Assembly: GCF_026210795.1 (NCBI RefSeq)
Contig: NC_089434.1
Span: 744,001-808,000 of the forward strand
Direction: 5' to 3'
Source of the DNA: Rhizophagus irregularis
Lineage: Eukaryota
Length of the DNA stretch: 64,000 bases
Of this stretch, positions 1-12,488 are shown piece by piece. The notes beneath the pieces are model-generated. The model ran no database searches. It saw only the letters and a list, made by a program, of their open reading frames with translations, and was not told the DNA's origin. Made by a program: the position numbers and the translations under genes. Numbering within the stretch: position 1 is the first letter of the stretch; each line of letters opens with the position of its first letter.

Positions 1-200
1 TGAGGGACAGTTTTCTTTTTTGTGTCAAAAATTTATTTGTCACCCCCGTGATACAAAAAACCACGCCCACAAAACCGGAGTGCAATATTTTGTTACACCT
101 AACTGCTAATTTAATCAAAGTTAATCAAATGCCGATCACGAAACTGAACCTTCTTTTTACAAATTTCTTAGTTTATAAAAAGATAATATAAGATTGCATT

Positions 201-2277
201 ATGTCTAATATTCGAAAAGAAGTAGTTAATGCAGCACTTAATAGAGCATTTGCATTATTAGATACTACTATTCATAATAATATACATAAACATTTTGAAT
301 TTAAAAAACAAACACTTCTTGCTGATAAATCTCTTACAGAAGATGAAAAAACTGAGGCAATAAAAAAAATAACTGAAACTTATGACAGAGCTAAAGTTCG
401 TGATAATTCAGGAATAAAAAGAATTTGTGAGAATTGTAATCAAGAATGTTTGGCTACATTATTTTGTGAATATTGTGTTCGAAATTATTTAAAAGCAAAT
501 TTTTCAAATTGGACGTCTGGAAATGATGATATTGATAAATTAATACAAAAATATCAATCAGAAACACTCCTTCCGAGTAAAATAATTGAATGGATACCAT
601 ATAATAATTTACAAAATATTAAATACCTAACAGAAGGTGGATTCTCTAAAGTTTATACAGCAAGTTGGATTGATGGAATTTATAATGAATGGGATTCTAA
701 GAAGCGACAATTAAAAAGATTTGGAAAACAAGTTGTAATACTTAAGAAATTAGAAAATGTTGAAAATGCAAGTAATAGTTGGCTTGAAGAGGTTTGTATT
801 TCAAGAGTGTATAAGTAGAAGATCTATTTTTAATAAATTTTTTTTTATAGGCTAAATCACATTTAACTATAAGCAGTAAATGGCCACGTATTGTTGCCTG
901 TTATGGTCTAACACAAGATCCATCAAATGGAAATTTCATGCTTGTATTGAATATAATGGATGTAAACTTAAGAGAATATTTACAACAAAATTATAGTCAA
1001 CTTACATGGAAAGAAAGGATTCAAATTACTGTTGATATAATTTCTGCACTTGATGATATTCATGGGGAGAATGCAATTCATAGAGATTTGCATTCTGGAA
1101 ATATATTATATAAAAAAAGAAGTCAGAAATGGAATATTAGTGATTTTGGATTTTGTGGCCCTGCAGATAAACCATTAAAAAGTATATATGGAAATCTTCC
1201 TTATATAGCACCTGAGGTTATAGCTGGAAAACAGGCTACAAAAGCATCTGATATTTATAGTTTTGCTATGCTTATGTGGGAAATTTCATCTGGACAACCA
1301 CTATTTCTTAATTGCAAACATGATTATGATCTCATATTGAATATTATTAATGGTATAAGACCAAGAATAGTATCAGGAACCCCTTTAGAATATGAAAGTT
1401 TAATGAAACAATGTTGGGATGCTGATCCATTAAAAAGACCTGATGCTCGTACACTGTGGAAAAAAATGGATGAAATTAATTTATATTATCAAAAAAAATC
1501 AAATGAACCAACTCAATTGGAAATAAATAAAAATTTTGAAATAAATAAAACAAGTAGTTTTAAAACAAACTACGCAAGTAGCAGATCATCTACAAGTAAA
1601 GTTCATCAATTTGGATTTTTTCCTGAACCAAAAAATGCGACAGAAGGTATTAATTATCATATACTTAACATTATTTATAAAATTTAAAATATATTAATAT
1701 TGTAAAATTTATATTTTTTCAAATTCTCAATTATAATAATAGAAGAACAAGAAGGTATGTATGAACCATTTTTATTTGAAAGTTATTTACCTATAATACC
1801 TAATGATTTTAGTTCTTTGTAGCATTTTATAGTAAATCATATGATGTCTTTCAAATTCCTGATAATAGTAAGTGTTTATTATGATATGATAATCATTAAT
1901 CATTTTACTAATTGAATTTTGCTTTATAGTTGATGATTTTAATAATTCAAGTAATTGGAAAAATAATAGTACATCAAAAATGAGTAGTATTGAAGGTACT
2001 AATTTTACTAATATTAGATCTTCTAAAATTACAAATAAGTATTAATTTATATCTTAAACTTTTTTAGCTAATAATAAAGACGCTCAAAATGATCATGAAA
2101 TTGAAAAAATGCAACAACAGATTAAGAATATCAATCTCGAAGGTAATTACATATTAAATCATATCAATTCAATAATATCATAATTTCTAATTTATTTATC
2201 TTACAGACGAAAAATGAAATACATAATAATCCAAATCTTCATTCAGAAGAAACAAGATGAATCTGAAATTCCTGATA
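201..2277 (+). CDS. TKL-type protein kinase with N-terminal CxxC..CxxC module and micro-exon tail; last large tail exon frameshifted
   Basis: Exons 201-791, 851-1646, 1743-1754, 1823-1867, 1930-1995, 2068-2142, 2207-2277, all with GT..AG introns. Motifs EGGFS, HRDLHSGN, DFG, APE, CWDADP. The last listed exon is 71 nt versus 69 in paralogs (two extra A's), giving TGA at 2215-2217. The terminal exon is uncertain. Confidence 0.9.
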
Positions 2278-2372
2278 GTATTTAATATCTTAAATTTTAC
2301 ATGATGTTAAATTACTAAATTTTTATAGATTTTGGTTTCTTTGAATTATTTTATATTTTTATATTTTTTTCT

Positions 2373-2450
2373 GAATAGTTTAAACACTGAGATTAGAGTA
2401 GCAAGATAAAATACTTAGCAATGTTTCTTAGTTTGTAATTTAAATTATTC
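2373..2450 (+). promoter_or_regulatory. Conserved structured 3' UTR hairpin, copy a (kinase subfamily)
   Basis: Pairings GAATAGTTTAAA/TTTAAATTATTC, ACTGAGA/TCTTAGT and GCAAG/CTT(A)GC; homologous to copies at 20306, 27639, 40216, 40674, 45082. Confidence 0.6.
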
Positions 2451-2914
2451 ATTCAATTTAGTTATCATATGAATTAACTTTTAAAATAAATTTATTTCTT
2501 TATGCAGTACTTATAAAATTCAAAATTAAAGTCAATTCAGTAGTCTATAATATGTTCTTTTAACATAAATATAAATTGTTTGATGAACTGTTTCAATGTC
2601 TAAAATTTATGATTCACAACGATATATGCTAATATAAATTTTTACAATGAGCCCTTAAATTTATTATATAACTAGATTAGGTTTATACATGGCGACTTTG
2701 TCACCGTCAGGCTGTTTAAAGCTATATTTTTATATGATTTATTAAATATAATAAAGTATTTTTAATGTATTTATTTATAATAGATACTAATACTATTTAT
2801 AGTTTATAATTGTTTAATTTATATTTGAGTTTGATTATATTATTGTGTTTACACTTATTTAAATATATATTTTTTTATATAGGATTGATTTTAATGAAGA
2901 AAAATAGACGGCGG

Positions 2915-3445
2915 GTTGATTAGTAATGTTTGAAATGAAAAAATTAAAGGAAAATAAAAAAATTACGGAACATTATCACCTACCCGTATTGTTCCGTTTC
3001 AGTCAGTACCTCGTTCTGAAACTCCAAGACTGAACCTAAACTAGTGGGAATAAATTAATTACTAATATTCAAAAAAAACCATAAAACAATAGTTTAATTG
3101 GACATTTTCACCTACCCATATTTGTTCCGTTTTGGTCAGTATCCTCCGTTCTGGAGCTTATGTTTGAAATGAAAAAAAAAAAATTAAAAATTAAAAATTA
3201 AAAATCAATCAATTAGTAATATTTAAAATGGAAAAACTACTCATATTATCCCATTTCAATTGGCGTCCTCCTTTTTGGCTGAACCTAAAATAGCAATAAA
3301 GAAAAAAAAAGAGCCGATTAGTAATTTAAAAAAAATAATGATTTCATATCTCCGTATTGTTTCATTCCTTAGGTCCAAACCAAACCTAAAAAGATAAAGG
3401 GTTTGTTAGTAGTAATAGTGAAATATGTAGAGACTTATCCGCAGC
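2915..3445 (-). repeat. Degenerate tandem array (4-5 units, roughly 100-130 bp) with intron/mini-exon-like signals on the minus strand
   Basis: Recurring plus-strand TTAGTAAT, (C)CTACCCRTATTGTTCCGTTT and GAACCTAAA/AAACCTAAA, i.e. minus-strand TACTAA branch, GTAGGT donor and TTTAG acceptor. Confidence 0.55.
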
Positions 3446-5437
3446 ATTACATTATGATCTAATGAGTTTAATTTTTTTTTAATAATAATAAATAAAATAA
3501 TATGATCATAATAATAAAAGATATGTAATCATTTATTTTTTACAGTTTTTTTTTTAGCCAGAACTAAATTACGAATTAGTCTACAACAATATTCACGGAA
3601 CAAATTATTTTAACTATAGCAAAACGAAATAGATCAGGCGCAGAAATATCACGCGTTTTCATGGTAAATAATCCAAATATTTTTTTTCTATTTTATTGTA
3701 TTCTTTCTATTCATAAATATTTATCTCACAAATATCTTTTTTTATTCTTCTATTATTGATTGTACTTTAACGTTTACTTACTTAATTATTTAATTATTAG
3801 CGTAACCTTTTTTTGCACGGCGGAGTTAAGGGAAGTTAAAATTAAATAATTTTAATTTTATAGCGTAAATTACAGTATTTTTTTAAAAACTTGTAAAATA
3901 CAATAATACGTATAACAAAAATATTGGAAATTAAAAATGGAATTAAAAAATGAATTTGAAATTAAAATTAAATTGAATTAAAAAGTAAGTTATAAACTCC
4001 ATAACGTTAAAGAACACTTTTAATAAATGGAATTGCCTAAAGTTAAATTCATATATCTATGTAAAAATGCATAAAAATTTTTTTTAGAGTTCAATGGAAA
4101 AGTCTCGTTTTCAAAATGGTTGAAATTGATGTCGATCACGTAATACAAAAAAATTCTCATACACGAAAAAAAATTTCGTTTCTTATATTTATGGTCTAAA
4201 TTTTTTTATAGTTCTATTATATCTTTTTTTAAATATTTCAATAAACACACGTGTATACTACGAGTTTGCAAAGTTTAGTCAAAAATAGACCAGTATTTTT
4301 TTTACTCTTTAATTCAAGATCTCACTTGAATCACACTTAGATCACAACGAATAAAAAAGACACTACACTAACCAAAGTATTCTCAGGTCTTCTTTTGGGA
4401 AGCAGTAAAATGGTATCTTAAGACACTACATTACATATTTATATGAAAATACTCGATTTATATAAATTTTTTTTATTAAGTCTGTTAACTCATTAATAAT
4501 CAAATTTTTATATTTATGGCTTTAAAAATAGAAAGAAAATGAGAAATTGTTTTAATAAGTTGCTATAAAGTTTGTCTATTTATTATTTATTACGTCGTAT
4601 TATGGGATTTTTTATAAAATTTATCTAATTAATTAATCTTTTTTTATCTTAGATACTATTTAGTATAAGAAACTATACTTTGGGTGAACAAATCTAATCG
4701 AAATTTAACTTAAAACGATATATTTTGATTCTTTATCAATTAGATTATCTATCCTGTACAACTGTGTAATGTAATACATGCATGATTGTTAACGGTAAAT
4801 AAATATTAATTATATCAATGACAGTAGAATTTGATCCCTTTTCTCGGTTATATTAATTCATTATTATTTTTTATTACTTTTATTTTAGATTTATCAAAAT
4901 GAATTAATTCACTTTCAAATCGGATAAAATTAGTTTCATGGATTTTGCGGAGCAGATAGATTAATAAACAAAGCTCTTTTCTTAACAATGAATGTATCGA
5001 TTGTATCGTGCTTTTATTAACAATCACCGGATCAAAGAATTATATTAATTTCTCTTCGCCAACTATAGTAATTTAATATGATTGTCGACCAGAATTATAA
5101 CTAGGAGAACGGAAACCGTTGGAATGTCCGAAGCGCTGATGGATCGTAAGTAGTACAGACAACAAAGCAAATTTAAACGTACACGGAGCGAACGAAAAAA
5201 GGAGTAAAACGTGTTAGCACGACAATAAAAATGATTGGTGGATTACGCGTGCGGACAGACATACCTTGCATGAAGAGAGTCTAACCGTAAATGTCCTCAG
5301 AAAATGATTTATAATTCTTGTTTTCCCGATTCAGAAATAAATATTTAAGGGTTACAAATCACAAGATTATCTCTTTGTGAATTTTTTTTTCTCATAAAAA
5401 AAAAAGAAAAAGAAAAAAATTAAAAAAATTAGTTATA

Positions 5438-6923
5438 ATGGGTGATAATAAATTTTTGTCAAAATTATCCCAAAATTTACTTGAAATTTTGAACGATGAA
5501 GAATATTATGATATTACAATTGAAGTTGGTAATGATCCTAATGTAAAAACATTTCGAGCCCATATGGTTATTTTAAACTATCGTTCTCCTTATTTGCGAA
5601 GAATTTTGTCAACAAATAAAAAGAAGAGTGATGGAACTTTAGTACATATTAAATTGCCAAATATTTCACCGGATATTTTTCAAGCAATCTTAAGGTAGGA
5701 AGCAAGAATTTAATTATCATCATTATTATTTTATTTTATAAATACTTAAATACTTTATAATTTATAATTTCAGTTATATTTATGGAGGAAGGCTTGCTAG
5801 TGTAGGAGAATATGATGCTTCAGATATCATTAAAATCTTGATTGCCGCCAATGAACTTAATCTTCAAGAATTAGTTGAAACTTTACAGCTATCTTTGATT
5901 GAAAATAATGCAAACTGGATTGAGCAAAATTTTGATTTTATTTATCAAACGAGTTTTGAAAATAATTCTTTCTTGGAACTTCAAAAATATTGTACCGATT
6001 TAATGTCCAAAGAACCGGAAAAGATATTTAACTCTTCAATTTCAGAAAAAATTTTGATTTCTCTCATTCAAAATGATAATCTTCAAATGAGCGAAGTTCA
6101 AGTTTGGGAAAATGTTCTTAAATGGGGACATACGCAAAATCCAGAACTTTCTTCAGATCCTGCAAGTTTATCAAAGGATGATTTCAATGTATTAAAAAGT
6201 ACTTTACAACGTTATATTCCTTTTATTAGATTCTATAATCTAACTTCTAAAGAAATTTCAGATACAGTGATACCTTACAGGGAAATTCTACCCGAGGAAT
6301 TATACGTGGATTTATTGAAAACATTTTTAAACTTACATCCTGACAGCAAGCCTATTGATAAGTTGAAACCTCGTAATTTTCATAAACAAAAAAATGTTGA
6401 TTCAAAAATCATTACATCTCAACATGCTGATTTAATCTCGAAATGGATTGATAAATTAGATATTACAGATAATTTGAATACCTCATATAAATTTAAATTA
6501 ATATTTCGTGGATCTCGTGATGGGTTTGATCCTGATAAATTCCATGATATCTGTGATAATCAGTCTCGTACCGTGACAGTAATTAAAGTGAAAAATAGTA
6601 ACGAAATTCTTGGAGGGTATAATCCGATTGATTGGTATGATAATTATTATCTTACCAAGAGTACCAAGGATAGTTTTATATTCTCTTTTGAAAATGTTGA
6701 TAATATTGAAAAACATATTTTAAGTCGTGTAAAGAATGAAAACGAAGCTATATGGTATGCAAGTGATTGCGGTGCGTACTTTGATAACGACTTTGTTATG
6801 TATGGATATAATTTTTATGATGATAGTTATTGTCAAAAAAGTTCTTATGAAAAACGAATCAGAAACACTGAAAAAAAATTTTCTGTAGAAGAATTTGAAG
6901 TCTTTCAAATCAAAAAATGGTAA
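5438..6923 (+). CDS. BTB/POZ-BACK-TLDc domain protein (~468 aa)
   Basis: Exons 5438-5694 and 5774-6923 splice in frame. YYDITIEVG..FRAHMVILNYRSPY (BTB), EVQVWENVLKWG (BACK), FKLIFRGSRDGF..ILGGYNP..EEFEVFQI (TLDc). Confidence 0.93.
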
Positions 6924-7557
6924 TTATTCTATCTGCTATGTTTTGCAAATATAATAAATAAAATGTTACATTTTTCAAATATATTACTAAAGTTATATAT
7001 GAATGATTGTAAAGAAATATTGACGGCTGTGTAAATAAAAAAATGGGGTTAAAAATTATATCATATATCGGATAAGCATGTACAGAGTACAATAGCTTAT
7101 CAAAAAAACGTACGATCAAGACCATCAATCCTATAGGAAATATGTTTAAATTTAATAACCTTTTCTTTTGTTTTTTCACACAAATTTTCTTTAAGTTTAT
7201 ATTAAAGGGAATAGATACGTTAGGATCAAGTGATGGAAATGGACCATTACGCTAGTAGATGAAATCTCTTATACGAAGAACTTGTAATTCATTTTTTGGA
7301 TTTTCTTTTTTTTTAAAAAAAAAAAAAATGTTGATGATTTTACTACGTAATCGATTTACATGATCAAGTTGTTTGTTACTGGTTTTTTTCGAAAAATGTG
7401 AATGTTCGTATTCATATGTATGATTGTAATTAAAATAATTTTCTTCTTGCGAAAATTAATTGATTGATTAAATTAGTTATTCATCTCACCAAAATTTTTT
7501 AGAAGTAGATTTATGATTATATCATCTACCATGAAAACAGAGTGACGTATAAATTTG

Positions 7558-7726
7558 TGACGGATTATCTACGGCTATCCGGATCGCATCTCTACGCTAC
7601 AATCATAATAAATTATGACTACATAATTATGATTAAGCAGTAACATCTTAACCGGTTCTTATACGGAAAATGGGTACTAACGGATTGGACGACGGCCATG
7701 ATGGATATCCGACGGATAATCCGTTA
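7558..7726. mobile_element. Degenerate MITE-like inverted-repeat element between the two duplication units
   Basis: TGACGGATTATCTACGGCTATCC pairs imperfectly with GGATATCCGACGGATAATCCGTTA; no TSD identified. Confidence 0.4.
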
Positions 7727-8257
7727 TTCGGATAATCGGAATGACCAGATCGGAAGATTCTAGGAATGGATGGAATTTGATAGATTAATACGAATTAATA
7801 TTTTCCTTGTTAAATATTTGTAGGTAATAAATGCAATTTTAAAATTACTCAAGAACTTTTAGCTATATTTTCATTAATTAAGAGATATCTTTTCTCGATT
7901 ATATTAATTCATTATTATTTTTTTTTTAACTTTGGTTTGAGATTTATCAGGAGGAATTGATTCACCTCCAAAATGGATAAAATTAATTTCATGGATTTTG
8001 TGGAGTGGATAGATTAACAAATAAAGCTCTTTAATAATGTATCGATTGTTTATTGACAATCACCAGACCAAAGAATTATATTAATTTCTCTTTGCCAACT
8101 ATAGTAATATGATTGTCGACCAGAATTATAATAAAAATGATTTACAATTCTTGTTTTCCCGATTCAGAAATAAATATTTAAGGGTTGCCAATCACGAGAT
8201 TAGCTCCTTGTGAACTTTTTTTTTTTTTTCATAAAAAAAAAGAAAAAATTAATTATA

Positions 8258-9737
8258 ATGGGTGAAAATAAATTTTTTTCAAAATTATCACAAAATTTAC
8301 TTGAAATTTTAAACGATGAAGAATATTATGATATTACAATTGAAGTTGGTAATGACCCTAATGTAAAAATATTTCGAGCTCATATGGTTATTTTAAACTA
8401 TCGTTCTCCTTATTTGCGAAGAATTTTATCAACAAATAAAAAGAAGAATGATGGAATTTTAGTACATATTAAATTGCCAAATATTTCACCAGATATTTTT
8501 CAAGCAATCTTAAGGTAGGAAATAAGAATTTAATTATTATTTTATCTTATAAATACTTAACTACTTTATAATTTATAATTTCAGATATATTTATGGAGGA
8601 AGTCTTTCTATAGGAAACTATGATACTTCAGATATCATTAAAATCTTGTTTGCCGCTAATGAACTTGATCTTCAAGAATTAGTTGAAACTTTGCAGCTAT
8701 CTTTGATTGAAAATAATGCAAACTGGATTGAGCAAAATTTTGATTTTATTTATCAAATGAGTTTTGAAAATAATTCTTTCTTGGAACTTCAAAAATATTG
8801 TACCGATTTAATATCCAAAGAACCGGAAAAGATATTTAACTCATCAAATTACTCTTCAATTTCAGAAAAAATTTTGATTTCTCTCATTCAAAATGATAAT
8901 CTTCAAATGAGCGAAGTTCAAGTTTGGGAAAATGTTCTTAAATGGGGACATACTCAAAATCCGGAACTTTCTTCAGATCCTGCAAGTTTATCAAAGGATG
9001 ATTTCAATGTATTAAAAAGTACTTTACAACATTGTATCTCTTTTATTAGATTCTATAATCTAACTTCTAAAGAAATTTCAGATACAGTGATACCTTATAG
9101 GGAAATTCTACCTGAGGAATTATATGTGGATTTATTGAAAAAATTTTTAAACTTACATCCTGAAAGCAAGCCTATTGATAAGTCGAAACCTCGTAATTTT
9201 CATAAACAAAAAAATGTTGATTCAAAAATCATCACATTTCAACATGCTGAACTAATCTCAAAATGGATTGATAAATTAGACATTACAGATAAACTGAATG
9301 CTTCATATGAATTCAAATTAATACTTCGTGGATCTCGTGATGGGTTTACACCTAGTAAATTCCATGAGATTTGTGATAAACAGTCTCGTACTGTGACAGT
9401 GATTAAAGTGAACAATAGTAACGAAATTCTGGGAGGATATAATCCGATTGAATGGAAGTCCAATAATAATTTTGGTGTTACTAAGGATAGTTTTATATTC
9501 TCTTTTGAAAATGTTAATAATATTGAAAAACATATTTTAAGTCGTGTAAAGAATGAAAGTAAAGCCATATGTAGTGCGAGTGATTGCGGTGCGTACTTTT
9601 ATGACGACCTTGTTATGTGGGGAAATAATTTTTATAATAGTAGTCATTGTCGAAAAAGTTCTTATGAAAAACAAATCAGAAACACTGAAAATAAATTTTT
9701 TGTAGAAGAATTTGAAGTCTTTCAAATTATAAAGTGA
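8258..9737 (+). CDS. BTB/POZ-BACK-TLDc domain protein (~469 aa), tandem paralog
   Basis: ATG at 8258; exons 8258-8514 and 8585-9737 in frame; same motifs as the 5438 gene. Confidence 0.93.
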
Positions 9738-11983
9738 TAATCATTTTGTGTTTTTTTTTTAATTTTACGTATAATAAATAAAATGTTACTTTTTCAAATA
9801 TATTACTAAAGTTATATATGAATGATTGTAAAAGAAATCTTGACGGCTGTGTAAATAAAATAATGGGTTTAAAAATTATATAATATATCGGATAAGCATG
9901 TACAGAGTACAATAGTTTATCAAAAAAACGTACGACCAGAGACTTTCCAATTTTATAGATAATGTATTTAAATTTAATAACCGTTTCCTTTGTTGTTTCA
10001 CTCAATTTTTCTCTTTATTATTTTTTTATATTAAACGTTAAGATCAAGTGTTGAAAATGAACCATTACGTCATAGATAAAATCTCTCATACAAAGAATTT
10101 TTTTTTTTAAAAAAAAAAATATTGATGATTTTGCAAAAGTAAGGTTACGTAATTGATTTATATTGAATAGACCATTCTAATGGCTTTTTATGTGATTTAG
10201 TTTATTTAATTTATTTATATGTTTTTCTAGATTTTATTAACTGACCTGATTTGGGCATATTAGATTATTTTTGACCATTATTAATGTTCTGTTTGTTTTG
10301 TAAATTTAATATGTGATTTGTTTTTTTCGAAAAATGTGAGTGACCGTATTCATGAATAAATTTACGTGATTATAATTCGATCTGATACAATTCCAAATAA
10401 TTGTCACTTATTTGATATCATCTTAATTAATAACCACGATTACATTTCTAATTACACCAGCAGAATCGGGGAAAGTATATTTTCCATCTGTAGGTCGTTT
10501 AGCTTGATCAATACGATCAATGTTGAAAGTAATACTTCAATACTATATTTAGTTAAACATTTTATTTACAGTTTACTTTATTTATTTATTTTGTCATTTA
10601 ATCTTACCTATTACAGTATTATGGAGAACAAAAAACTGTTCTTGAGTTTGTAAATAATACTGCTGAAAGACAAGTTATTATAAACCATACTTTCATTTTG
10701 CTAACTTATTCTTTTTAATATTACCTTTTTTATTTGTTTAATTATTTCAAAATTTTAAATTTTTTTTTTCGAAAATCTTAAAAAACTATTTGAAATTTTG
10801 ATAGTGATCCTTTCACGTGGTTTATCTTAAATTGTCGATCTTAAAATAAAAGGAATTATCAGGTTATCGGTTTATAAATATTTATTTTGATTTTTTTTCT
10901 TTAGGTATATTTATGATAAGAAGTTATTTATTGGAAAATCATTATGAATTAGATTTCTTTCCAGTGAGATACAAAAATTTGTTATCAATTTATAACCTTT
11001 ACCTAAAAACAAAGCAAACTATTTGAATATTTTGATTATTTACAATTTCAGAAATAGATTCCTCTTTAAGGTATCTCACTAATTTAATGTCTAAAATTTC
11101 GGAGAGCCTCTATTCCAAATAAAATTTTGGTCTTTCTTGCCAAAATGACAATCTTTAGGTGAATGAAATTTAGAGTTTAGGAAAGTGTTTTTAAATGTGG
11201 ATTTAAAACTATCACGTATTTCAATATTTCACGTAGAGAATTAATCAATTCTTCGTGAGTTTAAAATTTACTATAATCAATAATATCGCAACGTTTCTTG
11301 AAGAGTATTATCAAATTGACGATTTTTTTTATGAAATTACAAAGAATAGTTTAAATATTGAGAATTATATTAAGTTACGTAATAATTTAGTATGAACTTA
11401 TCAAGAGTTTATCATATAAAGAGCTAATATTATGAAACTGATTAGAGAAACCAAAGATTAATTTTGTATGTCAGTAAATGAAATATTTCATATTATTAAA
11501 GAAATTATCTCATCAATGGAAATGTGATTATTTTCTGGTTCTTTCAAAAATAAGTTACCATTTATATAATTAAATTCTTTAACATATGAATAATTTATTC
11601 ATTAATCACTCTCCAAAAAGTGAATAATTTATAATTAGATTTAAAGTTTATTCTTTAGCTAATAAACAGTTATTGTTAAATGTCTTTTTTAGACTTTTCA
11701 GTAAATTCTCATGAATATAAAACAAAAATTCTTAATAGTAATGATATTTACATCTAGTTTAATATAACTCCCTAATTTTGCTTTATTATTTTATTTAGTC
11801 TTATCATTAAAGAATTTTCTAAAAAGTAAAATATGACCTCAATGATAAAATTCATGTGATCGTATTCTTTTTGTGTATCTATTTAAAATCAACTACATAG
11901 CCACTTTTGTATGAATTTACTGACAATAATGGAAAAGACTTAATTGTAATAAATAATAAAGCAATTGTTATTCAATAAAAGTA

Positions 11984-12488
11984 CACAGTGAAATTCGATA
12001 AACCGGATCTATCGGTTCCACTAAAAATATCCGGTTTATCGGGATATCCGGTTTAGCGAAAAAATTTCGATATATTGAAAATCTATTATATTGAATTTTT
12101 AAAAAATTTTCATGCTAATAAAACTAATATACACTATAATTTGATTTTTCATCTAGTTTTAGGTTATAGAGGTCATGAAAATGAATATAAAATATTTTAA
12201 CTGAATATATAAGTAATACTTAACTTCAGCCGGAATTAAGATTTTTATAATTCCGGCCAAATTTAAGATTTACCGAATCACGTTACTTAAATTTTATTGG
12301 TTCCCAGTCACGTGATCCGGTTTATCGAATCATTTTTACTATAGCTGGTTAGAAAATTGATCCGTTATAGCGAATATCGAGCTTTTACTAGTAAACTCTG
12401 GTATATCGAGCCTATTTTAATATACATGATTTGGTTCCAGCAAAAAAGTCCGGCTTATCGAATATCCGGTTTATCAAATTTCACTGTG
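11984..12488. mobile_element. Tc1/mariner-pogo-like MITE (~505 bp)
   Basis: TIR CACAGTGAAATTCGATAAACCGGAT / ATCCGGTTTATCAAATTTCACTGTG, flanked by TA on both sides; internal ATCCGGTTTATCG repeats. Confidence 0.85.

Larger units (their letters stand above)
4838..10353 (+). repeat. Tandem segmental duplication, units ~4838-7415 and ~7888-10353, each carrying a BTB-BACK-TLDc gene
   Basis: Alignable upstream (CTTTTCTCGRTTATATTAATTCATTATT), coding and downstream (TTTTTTCGAAAAATGTGA...CGTATTCAT) sequence. Confidence 0.9.

Noticed and set aside
6620..6840. Diversity-generating retroelement as the cause of TLDc variability
   Set aside because: Differences are not adenine-restricted, and no template repeat or intact RT is present.
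6498..7179. Minus-strand ORFs overlapping the BTB genes (also 9239-10005, 52425-52658)
   Set aside because: Antisense shadows of real genes; they recur only because the genes are duplicated.
10805..10840. TTCACGTGG as another HDV-like L3
   Set aside because: No consistent P1, P2, P3 or J4/2 could be built.
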